A stretch of 24,583 bases of DNA from a virus. Lineage: Duplodnaviria; Caudoviricetes. The notes under the pieces were generated by a model. The model did not search any database. It worked only from the letters and a program-made list of their open reading frames with translations, and was not told the DNA's origin. The number at the start of each line of letters is the position of its first letter. The first letter of the stretch is position 1. The stretch spans positions 1-24,583 of the IMG/VR virus record IMGVR_UViG_3300020181_000032; one strand, written 5' to 3'. Shown piece by piece: positions 14,637-24,583 of the stretch. The translations under genes and the position numbers were made by a program.

Positions 14637-17600
14637 ATGCCCTACAACGCAGGAACCGTCTTCCTCCAGGTGGTTCCGTCGTTCCGTGGGGTACAGCGCG
14701 CCATCGCTCGCGAGGCGAACAGCCTCGGAGCTTCGATTGGCGGCCCCATCGACGAAGGCGTCCAGCGCGGCGTCCGCGAGGGGGCCGCCAAGGCCGCCGG
14801 ACCAGCTGGTCGCAAGGCCGGCGAGGACTTCACCAGCGGCTTCCAGCGCATCGTCCAGACCCGCCTCAGCCGGGCCCTCCAGTCGCTGCCCAACATCGAG
14901 GTCAAGGCCACCACCCGGTCGGCCGACCGGCAGATCGCCCAGCTGCGTAGGCGCCTCGCCGACCTCAACGACCAGCGCATCGGTGTCGACGTCGACGCCC
15001 GCACGGCGCTGAGTGAGATCGCGGCGGTCGCCGCCGCCCTCCAGCGGATCGGCGGGCAGTCCCGCGACATCGACGTCCAGGTGAACGCGGCCCAGGCCCT
15101 AGCCCAGCTCAACGCGGTCGAGCAGGAAGCTCGCCGGCTCGACGGCAACGACATCCGGATCAACCTCAACGACAACGGCTCGATCCGCCGCACCTACGAG
15201 CGCATGCGCGAGGTGGGCAGCGAGTCGCAGCGGACCACGTTCGCCTTCCGCGCCTTCAGCCTCCGCGCCTCCGCGCTCATGGTCGTCCTGCCGGCGATCC
15301 CGCCGCTGCTCGGGGCAGTCGCCGGCGGCTTCTTGGCCATCTCAGCCGCCGGCGTCGTGGCCATCCCCGCCATTGCGGGACTGGTGGCCGGCTTCTCTGG
15401 CATCGGTGACGCCGTTGGAGCTCTGGGGGACGTCCAGGCCGACGCAGCCAAGGACAGCCTCGCCTCGGCACGCACGATGCGGACCGCGACCAACTCGGTC
15501 CGCGACGCCCAGCTGGCCCTGGCCCGCGCCCGCGAGGACGCCGCCCAGCGGTCCGAGGACGCCAGCCGGCGGGTGGCCGACGCCATCCGCGACCTCAATG
15601 ACGCCGAGCGCAACGCGGCCGAGCGGTCCGCCGACGCCCAGGCTCGGGTGGTCGAGGCCCGCGAGCGCGCGGCCGAGATGATCGAGGACGCCATCGACTC
15701 CCAGGTGCGCGCAGAGCGCTCCCTGGCGTCCGCACAACGCGATGCCCAGCGGGCCCAGCAGGATCTGGTCGAAGCCCGCCAGCAGGCCGCCCAGGATCTC
15801 CTGGACCTCGAAGAGCGCCGTCGCGGCGGACTGCTCGATGAGCGCCAGGCCGTGCTCGACCTCGGCGAGGCGCAGCACTCCTACAACTCGGCGATGGCCG
15901 AGCCGGGCGTCACCGCGACCGAGCGCGAGGAAGCCTCGATCGCCCTGGAGCGGGCGCGGCTGGCCCTGGAGAGCATCCGGCGCGAGAATCGCGAGCTGGC
16001 GGCCGAGAAGCGCAAGGCCGACCGGGACGGCGTCGAGGGCTCCGAGCGGGTCCAGACGGCGGAGGAGCGGCTGACGGAGGCCCTCCAGAGCCAGCGTGAC
16101 GCCCAGGAGCAGCTGGGCGAGTCGGCGCGGGCGGTGGACGAGGCCCGGATCGAGGGCGCGGAGCTGGTCAGCGAGGCCCTCCAGGCCCAGGTCGACGTCG
16201 CTCGGGAGAACAGCCGGGCGATCGCCGATGCCGAGCTGGCGGTCGCCGACGCGCGCCGGCAGCAGCAGCGGTCGTACGCCGATGGCCAGCGCTCGATCTC
16301 CGACGCCCAGCGCAACCTCACCGACGCGCAGCTGGCCTACCAGGACGCACTCGTGCAGACCGGCGAGCTGGGCTCGGCCTCCATGCAGGCGCTGGACGAG
16401 GCCATGAGCAAGCTGGGGCCGGCCGGCCAGCGGTTCGCCCGCTTCATCCACGGCCTGCGGGACGAGTTCCTCGGCTTCCGCAACGCCCTTCAGGGCGGCA
16501 TGCTGCCGGGCGTCGAGAGCGCCATCGGCACGCTGATGAACACCTACGGGCCGGGCTTCTCGACCTTCCTCGGCACGCTCGGGACCGCCCTGGGTGGGGC
16601 GTTCGAGTACGCCGCCGAGGTCTTCACCAACCCGGTGTGGCAAGAGTTCTTCACCACCATCGCCGACGCCACGCCCGGCCTCGTGCAGGCGTTCACCGAG
16701 ATCGGTCTGAACCTCGCCACCGGCTTCGTGGCCATCCTCGAAGCCTTCATGCCGCTGGGGCTCCAGTTTGTGGAGTGGCTGGTGGGCGCCTCGGGCAGCT
16801 TTGCCGACTGGGCGGCCAGCCTGGAGGACTCCTCGGCCTTCCAGGACTTCGTCGGCTGGCTGGAGGAGATGGGGCCCCGACTGGAGGCCCTCTTCTCCGC
16901 CCTCGGCGGCGCGCTGGTCAACCTCGCGATCGCGATGGCACCGGTGATGGAGGACATCGTTGATGGCCTGATCGCGGTCCTCAACTGGGTCGCGAACATG
17001 GACCCGATGGCCCTGAACGCCCTTGTGATGGGCATCCTCGGGCTCGCCGGCGCCTTCCAGATCATGGCCGGCGCGGTGACGCTGAAGTCCTTCTGGGCGG
17101 CCTTCGGCGTCGGCGGCCTCATCGGCCTGGCGATCGGCGCCCTGGTCGCCGCCTTCGTCTGGGCCTACCAGAACGTCGAGTGGTTCCGGAACGGCGTCAA
17201 CGCTGCTGTCCGGGCGGTCGGCGACTTCTTCGTCTGGGTCTGGGAGAACCTGCTCCAGCCCACCGGTCGGTTCTTCGGCAACATGTGGCGCGGGCTGATG
17301 GACTTCCTCGGCCCGATCTTCGAGGCGATCGGCGGCTTCTTCTCCGACGTCGGTGCGGTCTTCCGCAGGATCTGGGACGGCTGGATCTGGCCAGTCATCG
17401 ACCTCTTCGTGCATATGGGGATCTGGCTGTGGGAGAACCTCGACAAGCTCTGGGGCTTCCTGGGCGACGCCTGGCGCGGCCTCGGCCGGCTGATGATGTG
17501 GGTCTACGACAACACGATCGGTCGGGTGTTCCGGCTCTTCGAGAACCTCGTCGTCTGGTTCACCAACACCTTCGATGACGAGCTGAACCAGCTGCGGGTC

Positions 17601-19322
17601 CTCTGGCGTGCGCTGAGTGGTGCGCTCCAGCTGGTCTATGACGAGTACATCGCGCCGATCTTCGCCGGCTTCAAGCGACTGATGGACGACGTCGGCGAGG
17701 CGTTCGGCGAGTTCACCGAGTGGATCGGTGACAAGTGGGACGACCTGGTCGAGTTGCTGAAGCGCCCGCTCCGCTGGATCATCAACACCGTCATCAACGA
17801 CGGCCTGATCGACGGCGTCTTCAACAAGGCGGCCGAGTTCTTCGGGTCGGACAAGATGGACCGCATTCCGATGCCGGACGGGCTGAAGAAGGGCGGCTAC
17901 GCCACCGGCGGCATCTATCCCGGCTACACCCCCGGCCGCGACGTCGGCTACATCGGCGTCTCCGGCGGCGAGGCGATCATGCGGCCCGAGTGGACCCGAG
18001 CCATGGGCGCGGACTACGTCCACGAGGCCAACCGGATCGCCCGGCTCTACGGGCCTCGGGGCGTGCGCGACTTCATGGGCTACTTCGCTCGCGGCGGCGT
18101 GGCCAAGCCCATCGACGGTGGCTATCGCCACTCGGGCTGGGGTTCGTACGCCGGCCACTCCGGCATCGACTACGCCGCACCGACCGGCACCAACGTCCGG
18201 GCCTTCATGGCCGGTCTGGTCAACGCGGTCAAGCACCTGACCTACTCCTACGGCCGGCACGTCCGGATCTCGCACGACGACGGCCTGGAGTCGATCTACG
18301 CGCACCTGAACCAGACGCTGGTGCGCACCGGCGACCGCGTCGTGGCCGGCACGCGCATCGGCACGGTGGGCTCGACCGGTAACTCGACCGGGCCACACCT
18401 CCACTTCGAGATCCGCGCGAACGGCGGGGCGGTCAACCCAGTGCCGTACCTGTCTGGCGCGAAGTCGATCGCCGGAGGAGGCCCGCTCGCCGGCGTGGCC
18501 CAGTGGGTCAGCGACATGATGGCCAAGCCGCTGGCCTGGGTGAAGGACCAGATGGCCGGTCCGCTGAGCAAGATCAAGGAGAAGTTCGGCGACAACTGGT
18601 TTGCCAGTGAATTCCTGCCCAGCATCCCGCGCAAGCTCTTCGACGCAGTCGCCGAGAAGCTCGACAGCATCATCGGCACTGCCTCCGACACCCACTACGG
18701 CGACGCGGGTGCGGGGCCGGTGAAGGCGCTCGTGCGGGGCATGGCGGCGCGCTACGGCTGGCACCAGGGCGCCCAGTGGCGCGCGTTGGAGAAGCTCGTG
18801 CAGGGCGAGTCGAGCTGGAACCCGAACGCCACTAACCCGAGCAGCGGGGCGCACGGTCTCTTCCAGTTCATGCCCTTCCTCTGGGCGGAGTACGGCGGGA
18901 AGAAGACCAACGACCCGAGCGAGCAGGCCCGGCTCGGCCTTCAGTACATCGCCAACCGCTACGGCTCGCCGGCCCAGGCGTACGCCAAGTGGCTGGGCCG
19001 CAACCCCCACTGGTACTCCGAGGGCGGCGTGGTCCCAGAAGACATCGCTGCCCAGTCGCCGGATGCGGCGCCGTTGCTCCGCGACACCGGCGGCCCGCTG
19101 CCTCCGGGCCTGTCGCAGGTGCTCAACCTCACCGGCAAGAACGAGTGGGCGCTGCGCGAGGACCAGCTGACCTACCTCCGCGACTACCAGAGCGGCGGCA
19201 TCAACATCACCGTCCCGATGATGCCGACCAACTCGACCCCCCAGGACGTGGCGAGCGCGCTTGAATTCCACGTCCGCCGGCACCAGCACGCCGGTGTCTA
19301 CGCCGACATGATCGGGGATTGA
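14637..19322 (+). CDS. Tape measure protein (1561 aa) with C-terminal M23 peptidase and lytic transglycosylase domains
   Basis: AGTVFLQVVPSFRG start, long coiled coil, Trp/Phe repeats. M23 motifs HSGID, YAHL, GNSTGPHLHFE (about 18156-18452). SLT-like GESSWNPNATNPSSGAHGLFQ (about 18777-19016). Confidence 0.95.
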   Translation: MPYNAGTVFLQVVPSFRGVQRAIAREANSLGASIGGPIDEGVQRGVREGAAKAAGPAGRKAGEDFTSGFQRIVQTRLSRALQSLPNIEVKATTRSADRQIAQLRRRLADLNDQRIGVDVDARTALSEIAAVAAALQRIGGQSRDIDVQVNAAQALAQLNAVEQEARRLDGNDIRINLNDNGSIRRTYERMREVGSESQRTTFAFRAFSLRASALMVVLPAIPPLLGAVAGGFLAISAAGVVAIPAIAGLVAGFSGIGDAVGALGDVQADAAKDSLASARTMRTATNSVRDAQLALARAREDAAQRSEDASRRVADAIRDLNDAERNAAERSADAQARVVEARERAAEMIEDAIDSQVRAERSLASAQRDAQRAQQDLVEARQQAAQDLLDLEERRRGGLLDERQAVLDLGEAQHSYNSAMAEPGVTATEREEASIALERARLALESIRRENRELAAEKRKADRDGVEGSERVQTAEERLTEALQSQRDAQEQLGESARAVDEARIEGAELVSEALQAQVDVARENSRAIADAELAVADARRQQQRSYADGQRSISDAQRNLTDAQLAYQDALVQTGELGSASMQALDEAMSKLGPAGQRFARFIHGLRDEFLGFRNALQGGMLPGVESAIGTLMNTYGPGFSTFLGTLGTALGGAFEYAAEVFTNPVWQEFFTTIADATPGLVQAFTEIGLNLATGFVAILEAFMPLGLQFVEWLVGASGSFADWAASLEDSSAFQDFVGWLEEMGPRLEALFSALGGALVNLAIAMAPVMEDIVDGLIAVLNWVANMDPMALNALVMGILGLAGAFQIMAGAVTLKSFWAAFGVGGLIGLAIGALVAAFVWAYQNVEWFRNGVNAAVRAVGDFFVWVWENLLQPTGRFFGNMWRGLMDFLGPIFEAIGGFFSDVGAVFRRIWDGWIWPVIDLFVHMGIWLWENLDKLWGFLGDAWRGLGRLMMWVYDNTIGRVFRLFENLVVWFTNTFDDELNQLRVLWRALSGALQLVYDEYIAPIFAGFKRLMDDVGEAFGEFTEWIGDKWDDLVELLKRPLRWIINTVINDGLIDGVFNKAAEFFGSDKMDRIPMPDGLKKGGYATGGIYPGYTPGRDVGYIGVSGGEAIMRPEWTRAMGADYVHEANRIARLYGPRGVRDFMGYFARGGVAKPIDGGYRHSGWGSYAGHSGIDYAAPTGTNVRAFMAGLVNAVKHLTYSYGRHVRISHDDGLESIYAHLNQTLVRTGDRVVAGTRIGTVGSTGNSTGPHLHFEIRANGGAVNPVPYLSGAKSIAGGGPLAGVAQWVSDMMAKPLAWVKDQMAGPLSKIKEKFGDNWFASEFLPSIPRKLFDAVAEKLDSIIGTASDTHYGDAGAGPVKALVRGMAARYGWHQGAQWRALEKLVQGESSWNPNATNPSSGAHGLFQFMPFLWAEYGGKKTNDPSEQARLGLQYIANRYGSPAQAYAKWLGRNPHWYSEGGVVPEDIAAQSPDAAPLLRDTGGPLPPGLSQVLNLTGKNEWALREDQLTYLRDYQSGGINITVPMMPTNSTPQDVASALEFHVRRHQHAGVYADMIGD

Positions 19323-19323
19323 G

Positions 19324-20190
19324 ATGCCCGTCGACTACAACTTCTCCCTCGACGGAGTGGAGTTCGGGATCGGCAACCCGGTGACCGTCGAGACCTTCGA
19401 CACCGGGACCGCCGAGTGGCGCGTCCAGGACCAGTCGCACCCGGTGCGCAACGCTCGCGTGTTCGGCCGTGACTTCCTCGACGGCCCCGTCTGGACGTTC
19501 AACATGTCCACCGACAAGGAGGACCCCGAGGGCTCCCTGGAGACCCTGGAGCAGCTCGCCACGGTCTGGCGCAAGGGCACCGAGCTGGCGCCCGGCGAGG
19601 TGATGGCGCTGAGCTACGGCGTCGGCGGCCGGGAGCGTCGCATCTACGGGCGCCCGCGCGAGTGGGCGGCACCGGTGAGCAACCTCCTGCTCGGTGGCTA
19701 CGTGCCCATCACGGCGAACTTCGTGACCGCCGACCCCTTGCACTACTCCGAGGAATCCTTCAGCCACACCGTCGACATCCTCGCCGCGACCACCGGTGGC
19801 TTCGTCTTCCCGGCCTACTTCCCGTTGCAGATCATGAGCACCGGCGGCACTCGGCAGGGCTTCCTGACGGTGGGCGGCAACGTGCCGACCTACCCGGTGG
19901 TGCGCTTCAACGGCCCAGTGGTCGATCCGTTCGTGGAGGCCGAGGGCTGGCGGCTCGGGCTCAACCTCAACATCGGCGACAACGAGTACGTGATCATCGA
20001 TACCCAGCCCTGGGCGATGACGGTCATGCGGAACAAGTACACCTCGGTGGCGGGCTACCTGATGCCCGGCACGCGACTGGCTGATGCTCGACTTCGGCCG
20101 GGAACCCAAGAGCTGATCTTCGGCGGTATGTCGCCCTCGGGGACGGCCCAGTGCATCGTAAGCTGGCGCTCGGCCTGGTGGTCGCTGTGA
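19324..20190 (+). CDS. Minor tail protein, distal tail (Dit)-like (288 aa)
   Basis: First gene after tape measure; RIYGRPR, FVTADPLHY, GPVVDP, LRPG and WRSAW end. Confidence 0.78.
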   Translation: MPVDYNFSLDGVEFGIGNPVTVETFDTGTAEWRVQDQSHPVRNARVFGRDFLDGPVWTFNMSTDKEDPEGSLETLEQLATVWRKGTELAPGEVMALSYGVGGRERRIYGRPREWAAPVSNLLLGGYVPITANFVTADPLHYSEESFSHTVDILAATTGGFVFPAYFPLQIMSTGGTRQGFLTVGGNVPTYPVVRFNGPVVDPFVEAEGWRLGLNLNIGDNEYVIIDTQPWAMTVMRNKYTSVAGYLMPGTRLADARLRPGTQELIFGGMSPSGTAQCIVSWRSAWWSL

Positions 20191-20205
20191 CGGAAGGGGC
20201 ATGAC

Positions 20206-21231
20206 GTGGCGTGGGATGGCGTTGCTTGGGCAGTCGCCGGGGGTGAGCACACCCCGGAACTGGCCCGCGTGCTCGCGTACGCAGCCACCGGCGGCGGCGA
20301 AGGCGTGGTCGGCATTAACGACCTCGTCGTCCGGGCGCTGGCCACCCCTGGCGCAGCGGTCCGCATCGGGCCCGGCGCCGGCGTGATGATCAACCGGTAC
20401 CCCGGCGCGAGCTGGGGCGAGAGCTACATCGCTCGGAATCCGACCGACACGAACGTGATGGTGACCGCCTCGGGCGCCGGCAGCGGCCGGGCCGACATGG
20501 TCGTGGCCCGGATGCGCGACCCGCAGTACCCCGGAATGCCGTCGCCGCCGAGCGTGCCCTACGGCCCGTACGTCGAGGGCTTCGTCGTCCAGAACGTGCC
20601 TACCACTGCCACCCGGATCAGTCAGATCAACGGTGGTGCCGGGCTTCCGTACCCGGCGGTCGCACTCGCGCGGATCAACCTCCCGGCGAACACCTCGACC
20701 ATCACCAACTCGATGATCACCGACCTCCGGAAGGTCGTCCAGCCCCGCCGCGAGCGCGTGGTGCGCACCATCTCGATCTCCGCCGGCAACCCCGACCCAC
20801 TGGGCGCTACCGGCACCCTTGGTGAGCCGTGGCCCGACCAGGGCATGTGGAACCTCGACATCCCGGAATGGGCCACTCGGGCCCGCATTACCGCGACCTG
20901 GGCACAGGCATGGGTGCCGGACAACATCGTCGGCGGCTACGTCTGGGTGCGCGTCGGGACCAACGACGGCAGCCACCTGGCGACGCAGACGACCCGGTAT
21001 CGCGAGACGGCTGCTCCCGTCCCTCGGCGCAGCACGCTGATGAACGCGGGCGAGATCGCCATCCCCGAGTCCTACCGAGGAACGACCCAGTCCTTCCAGA
21101 TGCGCGGCCGAGTGACTGAGCAGGGCACCGAGTGGCCCATCGAAGAAGGCGACGATCCCATCACTGTCGACGCGGAAAGCTCGATCATCCTCGACGTGGA
21201 GTTTGTCGAACAAGCCACCACGGATAGCTGA
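20206..21231 (+). CDS. Minor tail protein (341 aa)
   Basis: GAAGGGG SD and GTG start; GRADMVVARMRDPQY and LARINLPANTSTITNSMITDLR typical of actinophage minor tails. Confidence 0.75.
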   Translation: MAWDGVAWAVAGGEHTPELARVLAYAATGGGEGVVGINDLVVRALATPGAAVRIGPGAGVMINRYPGASWGESYIARNPTDTNVMVTASGAGSGRADMVVARMRDPQYPGMPSPPSVPYGPYVEGFVVQNVPTTATRISQINGGAGLPYPAVALARINLPANTSTITNSMITDLRKVVQPRRERVVRTISISAGNPDPLGATGTLGEPWPDQGMWNLDIPEWATRARITATWAQAWVPDNIVGGYVWVRVGTNDGSHLATQTTRYRETAAPVPRRSTLMNAGEIAIPESYRGTTQSFQMRGRVTEQGTEWPIEEGDDPITVDAESSIILDVEFVEQATTDS

Positions 21232-22364
21232 TGGCGTGGCGTTTTCTCGCTCAGCGCCTCAACGGCGACGGCACGGGCACCTTCGTGTCCACCGACCTGC
21301 CCTTGGGCGACGTCACGTTCACGTCGACCCTCAGCGGCGACTTCACCCTCTCGGGTGCGATTGATCCGCGCCACCCGAACGCGATCGGCGCCGATGGCCA
21401 GCCCATCATCCGGCAGTGGAGCACGGCGATCTACCCCGAGATCGACGGTCTGATCCGAGGTGGCGGGATCGCCACCGGCCTGAGCTTCGACGGGCCGGTC
21501 ATGCAGATCGACGCGGTCGGCTTCACCGGCTACCCACGCGGGATGCCGTACACCGACAGCTGGTACGGCGTGGAGATCGATCCGCTCGACGCGGCCCGTC
21601 ACATCTGGACCCACCTCCAGGGCAAGGCCGGCGGTGACCTCGGGCTCGTCCTCGATGGCACCACATCGCCGGTGCGGATCGGCGAGGAGCTGGAGGAGGT
21701 CGAGTTCGAGACCGGCGAGGGCGAGCTGGTCCAGTTCGAGGCCGGCCCGTACAAGCTGGCCTGGTGGGTCACCGACGACCTCGGCCGCGAGTTCGATGAC
21801 CTGGCCGCCGAGACGCCGTTCGAGTATCTGGAGGAGCACTCCTGGAACGAAGGCCAGACCGACATCGTCCACCGGTTGCGCCTCGGGTACCCCCGGCTCG
21901 GCCGCCGGCGGCCGGACCTGCGCTTCGTCCTCGGCGAGAACGTCGCCATCATGCCGAGCATCTCCAGGCCGGAGGAGGACTACGCCAGCGAGGTGCTCGT
22001 GCTGGGCTCCGGCGAGGGCCAGGACATGATCCGAGGGCTCTCCGGGCGCTCGACTGCTGGTCGACTCCGGCGCGTCTCCGTGGTGGACGACAAGGCGATC
22101 CAGAGCAAGACCCGAGCCAACGACCGCGCTGCCCGCGAGCTGGCCCGCCTCAACGGCGACATCGAGGTGGCGACGATCGAGATCCGCAACCACTCGCACG
22201 CACCGGTGGGAAGCTTCAGCCCAGGCGATGAGATCCGCCTCCAGGCCGACACCGACTGGGTCAACGTCGATGACTGGTTCCGCATCCTGACCGTGACCAC
22301 CAACCCCTCGGAGGGCGACGCGATGACCGCCGCCGTCGTACGCGCCGACGCGATGGCGCTATGA
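21231..22364 (+). CDS. Minor tail protein, tail tip/hub-like (377 aa)
   Basis: TGATG overlap; RLGYPRLGRRR.DLRFVLGENV, YASEVLVLGSGEG and GSFSPGDEI. Confidence 0.75.
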   Translation: MAWRFLAQRLNGDGTGTFVSTDLPLGDVTFTSTLSGDFTLSGAIDPRHPNAIGADGQPIIRQWSTAIYPEIDGLIRGGGIATGLSFDGPVMQIDAVGFTGYPRGMPYTDSWYGVEIDPLDAARHIWTHLQGKAGGDLGLVLDGTTSPVRIGEELEEVEFETGEGELVQFEAGPYKLAWWVTDDLGREFDDLAAETPFEYLEEHSWNEGQTDIVHRLRLGYPRLGRRRPDLRFVLGENVAIMPSISRPEEDYASEVLVLGSGEGQDMIRGLSGRSTAGRLRRVSVVDDKAIQSKTRANDRAARELARLNGDIEVATIEIRNHSHAPVGSFSPGDEIRLQADTDWVNVDDWFRILTVTTNPSEGDAMTAAVVRADAMAL

Positions 22365-24583
22365 GCGACCTCAGCCGGCACGCCCGGCGCATCTCGACGC
22401 TGGAGACCCGCGTCCGGAGCCTGGCGCGCGCTCCGCAGCTGTCCAACTCCTCGGTCCAGGACGGCAACGTCAACGAGTACGACCGCGACGGCAACCTCGC
22501 GTCGAGCTGGGGCAAGCAGTGGGACGGCTCGCACGGCGCGTACCCGGTGCGCGGCCCCGTGCCTCCCACTCCCTCGCCGCCGATCGTGGAGGGCGTTCTG
22601 GGCGGCCTGCGGGTCTCCTGGGACGGTCTGTGGGCCAGTCCCGACGCGGTCGCCCCGATGGACTACGCCCGGATGGAGGTCCACGTCTCGACCGTCGAGG
22701 GCTTCGACCCGGTGCTAGCCGAGACGCTGCGAGCCACCATCGAGACCCCTCGGGGCGCCGATGTCCTCATCTCCATGCCGGCCGGGACCTACTGGGTCGC
22801 CCTGGTCGCGCGGTCGCTCGCCGGCAAGGCGTCCGAGGGCTCGGTCCAGGTGTCGGCCACCACGCAGTCGATCGAGGACTTCATTGGCGACATCGGCGCC
22901 GGCACGCAGATCTACTACGGCCCGGACGCGCCGGCGAGCCCGGCCGAGGGCGAGCTGTGGTTCGCCGAGGTCGCTCCAGGCCAGTACGAGACCCGCCGGT
23001 ACGTCGGGGGCGCCTGGGAGCCGCTGAGCAGCCAGGCGGCCACGGAGGCCCTGGCGGAGGCCATCAGCAAGTCCGAGGTCACCTCCAGCGACACCGCGCC
23101 GGCGGACCCCGACACCGGGGACCTCTGGATCGACACCGCGAGCGAGAACACGCTGAAGGTCTGGACCGGCGCCGCCTGGACGCCGCACCGGTTCGGCAAC
23201 GGGGCCATCGAGCCCGAGTCGCTGATCGCCCGCGACGTCATCGCCACCGGCACGATCTCCACCGCGCTGCTGGAGGCCGAAGCGGTCACCGCCGAGAAGA
23301 TGGCCGTGGGCACGATCACGGCGGAGTCCGGCATCATCGCCGACGCCGCCATCGGCACCGCCCAGATCAGCGAGCTGTCGGCCACCAAGATCACCTCCGG
23401 CACCCTCGACGCCCAGGTGATCGTCTCCGGCTCGATCTCGACCGCCGCCACCGGCGCCCGTGTCTTCATGGACCACGACGGCATCAAGGCGTTCAACAAC
23501 TCCGGCCTCCGCTCGATCACCATCCGCCCGGACGGTGCGGGGCTGGTCGGCTACATGTGGATGCCCGGCGACGTCAACTCGATCGCCATGACGCCGGACG
23601 CACCCGGCCTGGACATCACCGGCGACATCGACCTGCGGGCCGAGGTCGCGCTGGCCAACTACCAGCTCGGCCGGCAGTGGGCGTTCGCGAAGATGCACAA
23701 CACCGTGGGCACCACGCACGCCTACGGGCTCTCGGTTCGCTGGGACGGCCTACTGACCTTCCACTGGAGCACGGACGGCACCAACGAGACTTCGCGCAAC
23801 TCCACCGTGCCGGTCCCGTTCGCGAACGGTCAGCGGCGCTGGATCAGGGCCTGGCTCGACGTCGACAACGGCGCCGGCGGCCACACCGTCACGTTCTACA
23901 CCTCGGTCGACGGCGAGTTCTGGACCCAGCTCGGGGCACCAGTCATCACGGCCGGGGTCACCTCGATCTTCGCCGGCACGGCTGAGCTGGTGGTGGGCGC
24001 CCGGATCAGCGGCGTCGACCGGATGACGGGCAAGTACTACCGGGGCGAGATCCGGAGCGGCTTCAACGGCATTGTGGTGGCCTCTCCCGACTTCGGCAGC
24101 CAGCTGGCCGGCACCACGAGCTTCACCGACAGCTCCGCCAACCTCTGGACGCTGATGGGCTCGGCCGCGATCCAGATCGAGGGCCAGCCGGTCCCTGAGT
24201 TCGAGGTGCGCAACCCCGGCACCGACGCGATGGTGCGCATCCGACCGGCCATCGACGCCCTCGGTGCGACCTCGCTGGTCGAGTTCATCCCGCGTGCGAT
24301 CGCCGGCCACCCCTGGATCGGTGGCGGGATCGCCTCGGGTGTCAGCCAGAACGACGCGCCGGCCGACAACCGGCCGGGCCTGCGGATCAGCGCGCCGGCG
24401 AACGAGGCGTACTCGCCCCAGGCGCCGCCGGCGATCGGGATCTACTCGCGCGGCGACATCACTACGTACACCGAGGCGAACATCCTCGCCGACCGGATCA
24501 CCCTCCACGGCGACGTCCGCTTCTCGACCACCAACTGGCTGAGCTACATCCCGAACGCCCTCGGCTTCAACGGCGGGTCGTTC
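22361..24583 (+). CDS. Minor tail / tail fibre or receptor-binding protein, 3' truncated (741 codons in window), not in the ORF track
   Basis: ATGA overlap; open to the window end. FN3-like segment (GGLRVSWDG...YWVALVARSLAGKAS), two GE/DLW repeats, AITA-type fibre repeats, then a LamG/concanavalin-like beta domain. Confidence 0.8.
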   Translation, partial: MSDLSRHARRISTLETRVRSLARAPQLSNSSVQDGNVNEYDRDGNLASSWGKQWDGSHGAYPVRGPVPPTPSPPIVEGVLGGLRVSWDGLWASPDAVAPMDYARMEVHVSTVEGFDPVLAETLRATIETPRGADVLISMPAGTYWVALVARSLAGKASEGSVQVSATTQSIEDFIGDIGAGTQIYYGPDAPASPAEGELWFAEVAPGQYETRRYVGGAWEPLSSQAATEALAEAISKSEVTSSDTAPADPDTGDLWIDTASENTLKVWTGAAWTPHRFGNGAIEPESLIARDVIATGTISTALLEAEAVTAEKMAVGTITAESGIIADAAIGTAQISELSATKITSGTLDAQVIVSGSISTAATGARVFMDHDGIKAFNNSGLRSITIRPDGAGLVGYMWMPGDVNSIAMTPDAPGLDITGDIDLRAEVALANYQLGRQWAFAKMHNTVGTTHAYGLSVRWDGLLTFHWSTDGTNETSRNSTVPVPFANGQRRWIRAWLDVDNGAGGHTVTFYTSVDGEFWTQLGAPVITAGVTSIFAGTAELVVGARISGVDRMTGKYYRGEIRSGFNGIVVASPDFGSQLAGTTSFTDSSANLWTLMGSAAIQIEGQPVPEFEVRNPGTDAMVRIRPAIDALGATSLVEFIPRAIAGHPWIGGGIASGVSQNDAPADNRPGLRISAPANEAYSPQAPPAIGIYSRGDITTYTEANILADRITLHGDVRFSTTNWLSYIPNALGFNGGSF

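Noticed and set aside
15342-19289. 1315-aa antisense ORF and other long antisense ORFs (553-2463 +, 3185-4525 -, 5704-6954 -, 10037-11428 -, 19207-21213 -)
   Set aside because: Shadow frames of GC3-rich genes on the opposite strand; no motifs or RBS.
22519-23985. 488-aa Arg-rich ORF from the track (also 2914-4287)
   Set aside because: Off-frame overlap of real genes; the true frame starts at 22361 and has no stop in the window.
1-24583. Integrase, lysis genes, tRNAs, defence or anti-defence genes, diversity-generating retroelement
   Set aside because: None recognisable; coding space is accounted for. Lifestyle and exact host cannot be determined from this window.

Overview
High-GC DNA from a tailed (siphovirus-type) actinobacteriophage or prophage. 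The left 4.7 kb is a compact replication module: a small Cys/His protein, an iteron-like GTGCTCC array (likely origin), a Prim-Pol/AAA helicase fusion and an RHH regulator on the minus strand, and a divergent SF2 helicase. A perfect 20-bp palindrome holding two mirror-image leaderless promoters lies between the two arms. The rest is a complete + strand packaging and morphogenesis operon: TerS, small basic protein, TerL, portal, maturation/MuF-like protein, scaffold, capsid, head-tail joining proteins, tail tube, tail chaperones with a -1 frameshift, tape measure with M23 and lytic transglycosylase domains, and minor tail proteins, the last running off the window. The standout signal is the large terminase gene, which the ORF track only partly shows. 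It appears to start at a non-canonical ATA behind a perfect Shine-Dalgarno. Its Walker A motif (RLKGW-GKDP) is interrupted by an 8-nt out-of-frame insert, GGT-[TTACCGGA]-AAA, that begins with a very rare TTA codon and sits in a predicted hairpin. This suggests UUA-dependent translational bypassing (or -1 frameshifting) that gates DNA packaging. All calls come from reading and translating by eye; no searches were run.
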